Notes: generated by a model from the sequence alone, not told the origin. Positions 30,041 to 43,100 are shown, counted from the stretch's first letter. The stretch: 64,000 nucleotides of DNA from Histomonas meleagridis 2922-C6/04-290x (GCA_020184695.1 JAANOX010000232.1:62001-126000); one strand, 5' to 3'. Program-made: numbers and translations.

Positions 30041-33000
30041 TTATAAAATCATTTTATTATCTTCTTTAAAATCAGATGCAAATGGATCTGATTCAATGTT
30101 TGATAAATTCATTACAGCAGCAAAAGTATCTTTATTATCAAATCCATTCTGTTCTTCTAAACTTTTTGTTGATTCTAAATCATTTAAACGTTTTTTGTTC
30201 TTAATTCTAATCAAAAGAAAAATAATTAAAATTATAGTGATAACAACTACAATTGAAACGCATATAGATGCGATTACAATTGTATTGTTTTTAGATGGAA
30301 TTGTTTCTGATGGATATAAAATTGTAAAGAAATTGGTATAAAAACTGATATAAAATGAATATTCAATAATAGTATAATCATAGTATATTAATAATGTTGG
30401 AATATAAACACTATTATTGTTTGTAACTGATATCATAAATGAATTTGAAAACGTTGAAATATAGAAAGAAATTATTTGTGTGAATGATATTGTAAATATT
30501 AACGAAAACGTGTTGGAATAATTTAAATTGCTAATAAATATATTGGTTTCATTAAATATAATAGACATTTCAGTATGTAAAAATAAGAAAATGTATTTGA
30601 ATTAGAAAATGTATTTGAGAATGTATTGGATGATGAAAATGTTTGTGTTGGCCATGGATTACATTCATCAATTGTCGTTCCTTTAGAAATGTATAAGTTA
30701 CCAAATGTGGAACTTTCATCACTATCAAAATTTATTAATGTCATTACATATGTTGTATTAATTCCAGAAAATGCATTTTCACCAATCATAGGAAGGCATT
30801 CTCCATAATAATAAATACATTGAAGTTGTGAACATTTATAAAATGCATAAGATCCAATATTTATTACATTTTTACCAATAAAAACTGTATTTAATGTAGA
30901 ACAATCATAAAATGATGATTCATTTATTGTTATAACTGAATCAGGAATTTTAATGTTTTTTAATGATGAACATGATTGAAATGCTGATTCTCCAATTGTT
31001 TCAACACCTTCTTCAATATTAACATTATTTAAGTTAGAACAACCAAAAAATGCTCCTTTACCAATAATTTTAATTGTTCTTGAAATTGTAATATTAATTA
31101 ATGCTTCATAATATTGAAATAAATTTTCATTAATAATTGTTATACCATTTGGTATTGAAATTGTTACCTTGCCATAAGGATAACAAATAATTTGTGTAAT
31201 GTTTTTATCATAAACAACTCCATCATTTTTATAATTAGAATATTTCGTATTATTTTCAGATACTTTAATAAATTGAAGATTGATACATTGAGAAAATACA
31301 TTATTTCCAATTGATGCAACTGAAGTTGGTATTGTAATATTAATTAATGAAGAACATTGAGAAAATGCATTATTTCCAATCGTTGTAACATTTTCACCAA
31401 TAATAATATTTGCTAAATTAAAACATTGTGAAAATGTATATTCTTGAATAATTAAAACTGAATTTGGAATTGTAATATTAATTAATGAAGAACATTGAGA
31501 AAATGCATATGATCCAATTGATGTAACTGAATTTGGAATTGTAATATTAATTAATGAAGAACATTGAGAAAATGCATTATTTCCAATCGTTGTAACATTT
31601 TCACCAATAATAATATTCGTTAAATTAAAACATTGTGAAAATGTATATTCTTGAATGATTAAAACTAAATTTGGAATTGTAATATTAATTAATGAAGAAC
31701 ATTGAGAAAATGCATTATTTCCAATCGTTGTAACATTTTCACCAATAATAATATTCGTTAAATTAAAACATTGTGAAAATGTATATTCTTGAATAATTAA
31801 AACTGAATTTGGAATTGTAATATTAATTAATGAAGAACATTGATAAAATGCATATGATTCAATCGATGTAACTGAATTTGGTATTGTAATATTAATTAAT
31901 GAAGAACATTGAGAAAATGCATTATTTCCAATCGTTGTAACATTTTCACCAATAATAATATTCGTTAAATTAAAACATTGTGAAAATGTATATTCTTGAA
32001 TGATTAAAACTAAATTTGGAATTGTAATATTAATTAATGAAGAACATTGAGAAAATGCATATGATCCAATTGATGTAACTGAATTTGGAATTGTAATATT
32101 AATTAATGAAGAACATTGAGAAAATGCATTATTTCCAATCGTTGTAACATTTTCACCAATAATAATATTCGTTAAATTAAAACATTGTGAAAATGTATAT
32201 TCTTGAATGATTAAAACTAAATTTGGAATTGTAATATTAATTAATGAAGAACATTGAGAAAATGCATATGATCCAATCGATGTAACTAAATTTGGAATTG
32301 TAATATTAATTAATGAAGAACATTGAGAAAATGCATTATTTCCAATCGTTGTAACATTTTCACCAATAATAATATTTGCTAAATTAAAACATTGTGAAAA
32401 TGTATATTCTTGAATAATTAAAACTGAATTTGGAATTGTAATATTAATTAATGAAGAACATTGATAAAATGCATATGATTCAATCGATGTAACTGAATTT
32501 GGTATTGTAATATTAATTAATGAAGAACATTGAGAAAATGCAGATGATTCAATCGTTGTAACTGAATTAGATATTAAAACATCAATTAAATTTGAACAGC
32601 CTGAAAATGTTTGTGTTGGAATACTTTCAATACCATATAAAATTATAACATGTTTGATATTTTCTTTTGCAATTTTTCCATTATTAATCTCATCGATATC
32701 AAAAGTATTAACAATTTCTAATATTCCTGTTGTTTCATCAAAAGATTGAAATGAATGAATAAAAAAAATTATGAAAATTAATAAAAATATATTGTTTTTA
32801 TATTTGTTTTTAAAATAAATATTTTTATCAATGAAATATTTTAAAGAACAATATGATTTTTTAAGTATAAAAATTAATATAATTATAAAAGATATGAATA
32901 CATTTGAGAAAAAGAATTTTAAAGAAGGAATAATTAATTTCGAAAAATATCCAAGAAATGTGATAAAAATTGTCGCAATATAATTAAAAATTCGTACAGA

Positions 33001-33189
33001 TAAGATTGAATGTCTTAGATCACAACTTTGCTTAATTAGTGGAATGCAAAGATTATCAATTCTGATATTAATTTTATTATTGGAAAATAGCAAATTATCT
33101 ATAGTGTCAACAAACACTGTAAATTTTATAGATTTTGTTGAAATTGACAACAATAATAAGTAAAAAGGATGTTTCATTATTGGTTGCAT
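30041..33189 (-). CDS. BspA-like (TpLRR) surface protein split by one frameshift near 30570-30600
   Basis: ORF 33189-30523 holds the leader, about 20 LRRs and the stalk start PTQTFSSSNTF. Overlapping ORF 30568-30041 holds the rest of the stalk, TM IVIASICVSIVVVITIILIIFLLI and tail SDPFASDFKED. The shift lies in a T-run (TCTTATTTTTACATACTG). Confidence 0.75.
31330..32560 (-). repeat. Homogenised 69-bp LRR-coding tandem array
   Basis: Near-identical units built on CSSLINITIPN(S/L)V / CFNLTNIIIGENV in 2- and 3-unit higher-order blocks. Confidence 0.9.
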
Positions 33190-33703
33190 TTGAAAAAAAA
33201 AATAAAAATAAAGTTATCAAAATTGATAGAAAAAGATTTTGTAGCATTTTTTTCAATAGTTTACTGATAATTCCCGCAGGAAGCATACAAAAACAACTTT
33301 TTGTTAGTCGTCACATAAATTTTCGGGTGCCCCTGGTATCAGCTTGTTCGGTTATCATCGTCAATCACAAACATTTTTAATACAATTTCATGGTTGTGCA
33401 TAAATAATGAGTGAAATATTTATTCTAATCGAAAATTAACATATTCACAAATCAAGCTCATATCTATTTTTACAAAATTACGGTTATTCTTATTTTTCAC
33501 TTCGGTCTTTCTGCCAATTCCATTATGAAATTTAAAATAAGAAAAAGTTTATTTACTTGTGTACGACGCCAACTTGGGGCAAATTTACTTCAGAATCTTC
33601 AGCCGCGCCACAAATAGTGGTTGGCCAGAAGGTAAAATTGAAAGGAAGCAAAATTGTCTCTCAAATTCCCATTGAAAATGTTTTTCACCGACCACACTTT
33701 AAT

Positions 33704-35584
33704 ATGGCTTGGGAACTAACGCAGGTTGTTCACACCCTTGAGACAATCACCAAGGAGGATCATGATATCTCAATGGGTTCAGTCATTCATGTTATTGTAC
33801 AATGTCTCGATGTTATTGATTATCATCTTCATCCACCTTCAATCTTAAAACCAGCTATGGATTATTTAATCAAGCGTAACAAAGAACGCATTGAAGAAGT
33901 TGGTGATCTTAGACTCGATGAAAAAATCACAGAAGACGAAGCTCTTAATCGTCTTAGAATTCTTTACACAATTCAAAACTATATCATCACCCCATTCACA
34001 CCATTCAATTCCTATTCTCAGGAAGTACCTCGTACTGATGCCAATATCAAGATATTCAAAGATGCATATGAGAAGACACATGCTCTCTTAGAACCACCAA
34101 CACCCTCTGCTAAGAAAGCTGCCAACAAGAATCTCCAACGTGTACTTAAGAGTGCCAAATCCCGCAAAGCACAAGCTGAGAAGAAAGCAGAAGAAGAAAA
34201 GAAGGCCGCTGAAAAGCTCGCTAGCGACATTGAGAAAGCCAAGAGTCTTAATGTCAAAGAAGATGAATCACTTCCAGCTGCTACAACCAAGAAGATCAAA
34301 TACATCAAATCCGATGATGGCCGTGTTCGTGTCTTTGGTTGGGTCCATCGTCTTCGTAAGCAAGGCCAACTTATGTTTATCATTGTTCGTGATGGCACAG
34401 GCTTCCTTCAAGTTGTCATTCAAGGCGTCCTTACACAAACCGTTGATGCCTTAACAATCCATGAAGAGTCATCCCTTATGGTTGTTGGCGCAGTTCATCC
34501 AGATGAGCGTGCACCAAATGGCATTGAACTTACAGCTGATTATTGGGAGATGATTGGCAATGCACCCGCCGACTTCCAAAGCATTGTATCCAAAGATTCG
34601 TCGCCAGAAATCTTACTCAACCAACGCCATTTAGTTTTACGTGGTGAAAATGCCGCCGCCATTATTCATTTCCGCGATCACTTAGCCCGCGAAATCCGTG
34701 CTCATTTCTTTGCGCACGATGTCAACGAAGTCATTTGCCCAAGTTTAGTTCAGACTCAATGCGAAGGAGGCGCCACATTGTTCTCACTCGATTACTATGG
34801 CGAGCCAGCATACTTAACACAGTCATCACAGCTCTATCTCGAGACATGCTTGTCATCCATTGGCGATGTCTTTTGCATCCAGCCATCATTCAGAGCAGAG
34901 AAATCGAAGACTCCACGTCACTTAGCGGAGTTCACACACATCGAAGCCGAGTACGGCTTCATCAATTTTGACGACTTAATGAATCGTATTGAGGATTTAG
35001 TTGTCGACGTCATTGACAAATTAGTCAATGGACCAATGGGCGCAATCATTAAGAAGAGGAATCCAAACTTCAAAGCGCCGAAGCATCCATTCAAGCGCAT
35101 TACATACATTGATGCGATCAAGTATTGCAACGACCATAAGATATTGAAGGATCCCGAAAATCCGGACTTACTCTTCGAGTACGGCGATGACATCCCAGAG
35201 TTAGCCGAAAGGACTATGGTCGATATGATTGGCGAGCCGACATTCATGACTTGCTTCCCAGCCGAAATGAAGGCATTCTACATGAAGAAGTGCAAGGATG
35301 ATAAGAGGCTGACCGAGTCATGCGACTTGTTGGTGCCAGGCGTTGGAGAAGTCGTGGGTGGATCAATGAGGATTGACGACACGGAGGAACTGTTGAAGGC
35401 TTACGAAGCAAACGAACTGAACCCAGAGCCTTACTATTGGTACGTCGACCAAAGAAGATACGGAACTTGCCCACACGGAGGATTCGGTTTGGGTACCGAA
35501 AGATTGGTGAGATGGATATTGGACATACCACACATTAGAGACACTTGCTTGTACCCAAGGCTGATGGGAAGGTGCACACCTTAA
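33704..35584 (+). CDS. NARS: Cytosolic asparaginyl-tRNA synthetase with N-terminal extension
   Basis: RVRVFGWVHRLRKQG..RDGTG, YLTQSSQLYLETC, FRAEKS..RHLAEFTHIEAE, YYWYVDQRRYGTCPHGGFGLGTER. First ATG at 33704. Confidence 0.92.
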   Translation: MAWELTQVVHTLETITKEDHDISMGSVIHVIVQCLDVIDYHLHPPSILKPAMDYLIKRNKERIEEVGDLRLDEKITEDEALNRLRILYTIQNYIITPFTPFNSYSQEVPRTDANIKIFKDAYEKTHALLEPPTPSAKKAANKNLQRVLKSAKSRKAQAEKKAEEEKKAAEKLASDIEKAKSLNVKEDESLPAATTKKIKYIKSDDGRVRVFGWVHRLRKQGQLMFIIVRDGTGFLQVVIQGVLTQTVDALTIHEESSLMVVGAVHPDERAPNGIELTADYWEMIGNAPADFQSIVSKDSSPEILLNQRHLVLRGENAAAIIHFRDHLAREIRAHFFAHDVNEVICPSLVQTQCEGGATLFSLDYYGEPAYLTQSSQLYLETCLSSIGDVFCIQPSFRAEKSKTPRHLAEFTHIEAEYGFINFDDLMNRIEDLVVDVIDKLVNGPMGAIIKKRNPNFKAPKHPFKRITYIDAIKYCNDHKILKDPENPDLLFEYGDDIPELAERTMVDMIGEPTFMTCFPAEMKAFYMKKCKDDKRLTESCDLLVPGVGEVVGGSMRIDDTEELLKAYEANELNPEPYYWYVDQRRYGTCPHGGFGLGTERLVRWILDIPHIRDTCLYPRLMGRCTP

Positions 35585-35936
35585 ATAAAGTAAAGAAAAC
35601 GTGCAAAATGTAATTTTTGTATGAAGAGCTCTGTATAATTGTTACGTCACCTATTTCTGAAGAAATCCATCGGCATTGTGATGAACAAACAATGTAAAAG
35701 GAGTGTGACATAATAGAACAGATAGTTCAAGGTAAAAATAATAGTGAAACATGTATATAAAACTATAAACATTTTGAATGATAAATAAATTAAAAGATGT
35801 TTGCTATTAAAATTATCATCAAATGATATTGCTGATTGAGCAATATTTTCTTCGTTCAGATTAAAAATAATGTTTATTATAGATGTTATATTTGGAGTTT
35901 ATTTTGCAATTTTTGGTTTGCTTCTAAACATACGCC

Positions 35937-37013
35937 ATGAAGTCTGGATTATCAGGAGATGAATATCCCTCTATCTATGAATGCTCAATGATTTGTTATC
36001 CAAAATGCGAAAAAGATATAAAATTGCACGGTTCATTTTATGTTGGTAATGGGAATATAAATGAATTAAGCAAGATTGTTAACCCAATCGAGCATGGTGC
36101 CATCAAAAATTGGGACGACATGGAAATAATCTGGGATCATATTTTTAAAGAAATGTCTTTATCCCATGAATTCCCAATGAAATCAGTACTCCTCATCGAT
36201 AGCCTTTTAGATCCTAAGATTAACAGAGGTAAAATGTCCGAGATCATGTTTGAAAAATATAATTTCCAATACTTTTACTCAGGAAATCAATGTCCTTTTG
36301 CCCTCTATAGCGAAGCTCGCCCTACGGGTCTTTCTATTAACATTGGTGAGGGCACTACACAAATTGTTCCAATGAGTGAAGGAACGCCAATTTTACAAGC
36401 CATCTTTGAACTCAACATTTCCGGCATTGACATCAAAGAAATGCTTAAAAATTTTCTTTCCGATAGAGGTTATTCTTTTAATGATCTGACTAATTCCACA
36501 ATTGATTCCATTTTGCGACTTACGTCATATGTTGCTACTGACTATGATTCTGAACTTATTAAAGCAAGAACAAGTCATGATTGCGACATCACAATACATA
36601 TTGATGAAACACAAGAAATTACTCTTTCATATGAAAGGTTTTGTTGTTATGAACAAATATTCAGAAGACAAATAAATGGATTTAACGAAAAGGGAATTGT
36701 TGACATTTTATATGATTCGATCATGAACATAGATAAAGAAATAAGAAATTTTATCTGTTGGAACATTTCTTTGCATGGCGGATCATCAATTGTGGATGGT
36801 TTGCCAAAGAGAATTTGGTACGAGTTAAAAAAGAAGTTGAAAAAAGAAAACATTAATCCAATGCTTAGGTTTTTACCTGGGAGAGAAACATCAAGCTGGC
36901 GTGGTGCATCTATTGTTACGTCTGTGGATCGGGTTTACGAGCAAATGTGTATAAGAAAAAAAGAGTATGATGAATATGGAATATCTCTTGTATTAAATAA
37001 ATGTTTTTGTTAA
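35937..37013 (+). CDS. Divergent actin-related protein
   Basis: NPIEHGAIKNWDDMEIIW, NRGKMSEIMFEKYN, GLSINIGEGTTQIVP, LHGGSSIVDGLPKRI, WRGASI, KKEYDEYG..V..KCF. The N-terminal DNGSG strand is not in frame. Confidence 0.8.
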   Translation: MKSGLSGDEYPSIYECSMICYPKCEKDIKLHGSFYVGNGNINELSKIVNPIEHGAIKNWDDMEIIWDHIFKEMSLSHEFPMKSVLLIDSLLDPKINRGKMSEIMFEKYNFQYFYSGNQCPFALYSEARPTGLSINIGEGTTQIVPMSEGTPILQAIFELNISGIDIKEMLKNFLSDRGYSFNDLTNSTIDSILRLTSYVATDYDSELIKARTSHDCDITIHIDETQEITLSYERFCCYEQIFRRQINGFNEKGIVDILYDSIMNIDKEIRNFICWNISLHGGSSIVDGLPKRIWYELKKKLKKENINPMLRFLPGRETSSWRGASIVTSVDRVYEQMCIRKKEYDEYGISLVLNKCFC

Positions 37014-37379
37014 ATTCAATGTGATTTGTAAGGAAATGTAATAACTTTAAGATATTCAGGGTGGATTTTTGCGTCAAAACAGAATTTATACTCCAAAACG
37101 ATCAAAACAAGGCAATTGATGTTTATTAAGACTGATGTCCGTGCTTGGATTGACTTTCACATATATGATATAGCATTCAGATCTCGTTTTGAATCGAAAA
37201 AGTAGCTCTACAAAATTTTGTAAACGTAACAAAGCAATAATATAATTTTGTCTTCGAAGACATAATAAACGGTCGTTTCGGATGCTTTCATAAGTATTGT
37301 ATTAAATATTTAAAATAATTTCCAAATATTATTTTGAAATTTCAAATTATTAAAATAAATATTATCTTTTTATTTGAAA

Positions 37380-37945
37380 ACGTATTCATCAAGTTCATTA
37401 TTTCCTGATTCCGATGTATTTAAATACCATTATATTGTGCGGAATTGAATGATCTTTAAAAAAATAATCAACCAAAAAAATATTTCCAATAAATGCTGCT
37501 TCATTAATGATCTCATCATTGATTTTCATTCCTTATTTAAGTAAAAATGAAAATATTTCATAATAATGATATAAAATACATTTAACTCCTAATTCTTCTA
37601 AATTATTAATTTCTTTTAATTTATTATCATAAAAATATTTAAAGAAATCATTTCGGTGATATTCAATTGCTATTTCATATGATTTTTCAAATGATGAATG
37701 ATTTTGTTCGCATAAATGTATGATTTCTACATTCCCACATGCAACTGCATTTTTACATGTTCAAATTTTGCAGTGTTAATAAGTAAACACTTGTAACATT
37801 AAATAGAACCAAAAAACTCTGAATAATCAATCAATGGAACATATTCCCTATTAACAAATGAGCATTTTTCATAAACCGATGTTTCAATCATTTGGTTAAA
37901 ATCAAAATCACTTTGAGATGATATATTTTGAAGTTTTTCTATTCT
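37380..37945 (-). pseudogene. DUF3447/ankyrin-family remnant
   Basis: EKLQNISSQSDFDFNQMIETSVYEKCSF..LIDYSEF, then frameshifts, then GNVEIIHLCEQNHSSFEKSYEIAIEYHRNDFF. Coordinates approximate. Confidence 0.7.
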
Positions 37946-38175
37946 TCACAATTTTGCTTCAAACAATCAATAATTCTCTATATATTGAAGTGAAAATAAA
38001 CTTGGAAAATAATTTTTTTCTTCTTTTTACACACACAATTTTGAATACGACAACAATTTTCATAATCTTTATAAAATTTATTTAGCTTGTCTTCAATTTT
38101 TTTACAAATATTACGAAAATTTGTATATTATTAGATTGCTTTTTAGTAAAATTTGGAAACTTCAGTAAAAATGGG

Positions 38176-39720
38176 TCACCCATTTGTCCCCGTTTCACAA
38201 AGTATTTGTTTTATTTCCCTGAAACCTAAATGTTGCGCAATTTTAAGAGCTGTTTGAAATTATTGAAACATATTCCAAATTATTAAAACATATTATAAAT
38301 TATTAAAACATATTCCAAATAATCAAAAAATATTTCAAATTATTAAAACATATTTTAAATTATTCAAATGAATATTTTTTGCATTAACATCAATTCCTTT
38401 ATCTATAAGTAATTTAACTATTTCTATATTATTATTTCTAACTGCTATATGAAGTGCTGTGTCAAATTATTAAAACATATTTCAAATTGTTAAAACATAT
38501 TACAAATTATTAAAACAAATTCTAAATTATTAAAACATATTATAAATTATTAAAATGAATAGTTTTTGCATTAACATCGATTCCTTCTTTATCTAAAAGT
38601 AATTTTACTATTTCTATATTATTATTTCTAACTGCTATATGGAGTGCTGTTTCAATTTATTATAACATATTCCAAATTATTAAAACATGTTCTAAATTAT
38701 TAAAACATACTATAAATTATTAAAATGAATATTCTTTGCATTAACATAAATTCCTTCTTTATCTAAAAGTAATTTTACTATTTCTATATTTCCTGATTTA
38801 ACTAAATATGGTAAAATTTCATTTGGAATTTGTTGACTTTCTATATCACTTTCTATTAAAAATGTATTTCCTTTTGATGCTATTTTTTCTATAATTTCAT
38901 TATTCATTTTCATTCCTTCTTTTTCTAAAAACATGAAAATTTCATAATTATTAAATTTTATACATTTTTTCCCAAGATAAATCAAATTTGAAGATGAAAA
39001 ATTTCCAATTTTATTTTCATAAAGATAATGAAAAATTTCATTTCGATGAAATTCTATTGCTGTTTCATATGCTTCTGTAAATGATGAATTATTTTGTTCA
39101 CATAAATGAATAATTTCTAAGTTTCCACCTGCAATTGCATATTTAGATGTATTTATAATATCCGAATTATTTAATAACAAATATTTAAAACATTTAATCG
39201 AACCAAAAAATGCACAATAATCAATTAATGTAACATTTTCAGTATTAATAAATGAACATCTTTCATAAAGTGATGGCTTAATTATTTGTTTAAAGTCAAA
39301 TTTATTATGTGACGATATTTCTTGAAGCTTTTCTAAATCATCATTTCGAAGTACTTTCGTAATTTCTAATGGATTAACTCCTTCGTTTACATATTTCATA
39401 TGAAGCTTCCAGTCATCTTTTGATAGTTCGTCAAGTGCTGAGATGAATTCTTCAAAAAATTGTGGTCTTGGATATTTGTACTTAAAATAATTTATTTCTT
39501 CTTTTGTTTTATATTGAGAAAAATATAATGTGTTCATGTTCTTTACTGAAGATGGTTCAAGTATTTCTTCTTCGATAATCTTTTCAAGAAGGAAATATGA
39601 TTCTTGCTTTTCTGTTCCAAGTAAATGTTTACATGTTTACAAAATATGTTCACAAGATCAGCTTCAGTTTCAATTTTGTTTTTATCTTTTTCATCTTCTT
39701 TTTCTTTCAACGTTAATAAA
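38176..39720 (-). other. DUF3447-ankyrin gene whose C-terminal ankyrin units are separated by 68/88/108-nt spacers
   Basis: ORF 39537-38710 is followed by ANK units starting at 38650, 38460 and 38253 (terminal TALKIAQHLGFREIKQILCETGTNG*). The 5' part is disrupted by an 8-nt duplication (TGTAAACA x2 on the minus strand) near 39625. Confidence 0.7.
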
Positions 39721-39877
39721 TATTTAATATATATATTTTCATTATGAGGTTGAGAAACAAAAGATGAATATATAAGTCTGGAAACAATATGGTTAAATGT
39801 ACATGGTAGTCTATCAACAAATAAATTAATTGTTGCTTGAACTGATGTTTTAAAATTTTTTTCATTGAGATTAAAGA

Positions 39878-40147
39878 ATGGATTCTAATGATTTCGAGAG
39901 TTCCATCAAGGTGCAGCTAGGGTACCCTATCGTTTTGCGACGGTTTTCGGGTACTCAGCGTTTTCATAACACATTTTTTAAAAATTTTGAAACAACAAAG
40001 AGATTGAAAGAAAATGGAAAAATAGATAAACATAAAACTCGAAAAGATTTTCTTGTTGATTGTGTCCTTATCGGATACACCTTTTTCACTATTACTCTAT
40101 CGGTATTTTGGGGCTACCTCATATTCAAAAACATTACTTGCAATTAA
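39878..40147 (+). CDS. Small hypothetical protein with C-terminal TM segment
   Basis: 89-aa ATG-initiated ORF, more GC-rich than its flanks; hydrophobic VLIGYTFFTITLSVFWGYLIF. Confidence 0.5.
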   Translation: MDSNDFESSIKVQLGYPIVLRRFSGTQRFHNTFFKNFETTKRLKENGKIDKHKTRKDFLVDCVLIGYTFFTITLSVFWGYLIFKNITCN

Positions 40148-40156
40148 AAAGTATTA

Positions 40157-43100
40157 ATGGGAAATAATCAAGCTCAAATCAAAGAAAAAAATACAGATTT
40201 TATAGGAATATTGCAACAAATAGAAGATGATATCTTTAATATGAATGAAAACAATATTTTAGAAACAGTTGAGTCAACATTATATTTTATAATTCAGCAA
40301 TATCCATATTCATTTAAGCTTATAATTTGTCAATTACTTTATTCATATTTTGTGATGGAAAATCAAAATGTTCAATTAATTTTTGAATATATAAAATTAT
40401 TTAAAATAAAAGAAGAAGAATTATATAAGAAAAATAAAGGTATAAATAATGAAATGAAAGAAGATAATATCATTAATATTTTTACAGATTTTCTTTTTAA
40501 ATTGAATACACAAGAATCGAATTATATTCTCGAAAGATTAATAGAAAATAAAATAATTGAAGACAAAAAGATCAGAAGTATAAACTCATTATTATTTATT
40601 CATTATAAAAGAAAAAAAGAAATTAAAAATATAAAATCTAAGTTTCTACAATCAACTTTAGATAATTACAAAGCTCTTTCAAAGAATGATTTTGCACTTC
40701 ATAAGCAATTACTTACAGAAGGACATAATCCAAATGTAATTTCAAAAATTATTCGAAATGATGAAATAGAAAAACTTCAAGAAATGTCATCACAAACAAA
40801 TTTTGATTATAATCAAACAATTGAACCATCACTCTATGAAAGATGTTCATTTATTAATGAAGAAAATGTTACATTAATTGATTATGCAGCATTTTTTGGA
40901 TCAGTTCAATGTTTTAAATATTTACTTGTGAATGGTGCAAATGTAGAAAACACAGGTAAATATGCAGTTGCAAGTGGGAATGAAGAAATCATTCATTTAT
41001 GTGAACAAAATCATTCAACATTTGATAAAGCATATGAAGCAGCAATTATTTTTCACCGAAATGATATCTTTAAATATATTTATGAAAATAAATTAGGAAA
41101 TATTAAGTATAATGTATTATTAATTGAATGTGTTTTTTATTATAATTATGAAATATTTATATTTTTAATGAACAAAGAATATAAAAATATTAGGGAACTT
41201 ATTACAGCTTCGATTAAAACGGGAAATATATTTTTATTTAAATATTTTGTAAAAAATAATACAGATAAAATCCCTAAAAATGTTTTAAGTTTGATTTTAA
41301 TTTCAAAAAATGAAGAACTTTTTAAATATATTCTTAAAAATAAATTTATATTGATTAAAAGTAATGATGATGATTCATTAGTTTATATTTAGTTTTATAT
41401 CAATAATTTATTGCTGTTTTATTTAATTATTTTATTTACAAATTATATATAACTTTAGTTCGAAAGAAATATATAAGTTCTTATTCAAGCAAAAGACAAT
41501 AGAAATTAATGTTAAAAAAGCATTTATGGAAGCATCTTCAAATGGTTATACAGAAATAGTTAAATTACTTCTTGAACAAAAAGGAATTGATATTAATGCT
41601 AAAGATATTTATTTGTTTTATTTAGAATTTATTTTAATAATTTGATATTTCAAAATAATATTTGGAAATTATTTAAATTATTTGAAACAGCACTTATTTA
41701 TGCATCTTGGAAGGGTTATACAGAAATCGTTAAATTACTTCTTGAACAAAAAGGAATTGATATTAATTCCAAAGATATTTATTAGTATTATTTTATATTT
41801 ATTTTAACAATTTGGTATTTCAAAATAATATTTGGAAATTATTTAAATTATTTGAAACAGCACTTATTTATGCATCTTGGGAGGGTTATACAGAAATCGT
41901 TAAATTACTTCTTGAACAAGAAGGAATTGATATTAATGCTAAAGATATTTATTTGTTTTAATTAAAATTTATTTTAACAATTTGGTATTTCAAAATAATA
42001 TTTGAAAATTATTTAAATTATTTTGGACAGCACTTATGAAAGCATCTGAAAATGGTTATACAGAAATAGTTAATTTACTTCTTGAACAAGAAGGAATTGA
42101 TATTAATTCCAAAGATATTTATTAGTATTATTTTATATTTATTTTAATAATTTTATATTTATTTTAATAATTTTATATTTTCAAATAATATTTGGAAATT
42201 ATTTAAATTATTTAAAACAGCACTTATGTTTGCATCTGAAAAAGGTCATACAGAAATAGTTAAATTACTTCTTGAACAAGAAGGAATTGATATTAATTAT
42301 AAAGATATTTATTAGTATTTATATTTATTTTAATAATTTTATATTTTCAAATAATATTTGGAAATTATTTATAATATTTATAGCACTTATGATTGCATCT
42401 GAAAAAGGTCATACAGAAATAGTTAAATTCCTTCTTGAACAAGAAGGAATTGATATTAATTATAAAGATATTTATTAGTGTTGTTTTGTGTATATTTTAA
42501 TAATTTTATATTTCAAAATAATATTTGGAAACCATTTAGATTATTTAACACAGCACTTATTTTAGCATCTCAATATGGTCATATAGAAATCGTTAAATTA
42601 CTTCTTGAACAAGAAGGAATTGATATTAATGCTCAAAATATTTATTTGTTTTATTTAATATTTATTTTAATACATTAAAATTTTTAAACAATATTCGGGA
42701 ATTATTTAAATTATTTAACACAGCACTTATTTTAGCTTCTTCTAAAGGTTATACAAAAATAGTTAAATTATTCATTGAACAAAAAGGAATTGATATTCAA
42801 GAAAAAAATACTTAATTAAATTATAGAATATTTCTATTGTAATTTTGATATAGTTTAATTAAATTCGGAATTTAATTTCAATAATTAAAACGTCACTTAT
42901 AATGGCATCAGAAAATGGAAATATTGAAATAGTTCAAATTTTTCTTAAACAAAAAAGGATTGATGTTAATGCAAAAGATATTAATTTGAATAATAGCGAA
43001 TACCAAAAAATATTTTTATGATTTTATTGGATATTATATGAATAAATTAAATAATTAAAACACCACTTATATTGGCATCAGAAAATGGAAATATTGATAT

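Noticed and set aside
33715-33724. ACTAACGCAG resembling a trichomonad intron 3' end
   Set aside because: It lies in an open reading frame right after the ATG, the branch-to-AG spacing is too short, and no supported 5' site or upstream exon exists.
41615-41690. Canonical GT...AG intron (76 nt) inside the ankyrin spacer
   Set aside because: Removal leaves 94-nt exons and puts the next unit out of frame. The GT is absent in distal units and there is no ACTAAC branch. The analogous 60-nt GT..AG in the minus-strand loci leaves 110 nt, also out of frame.
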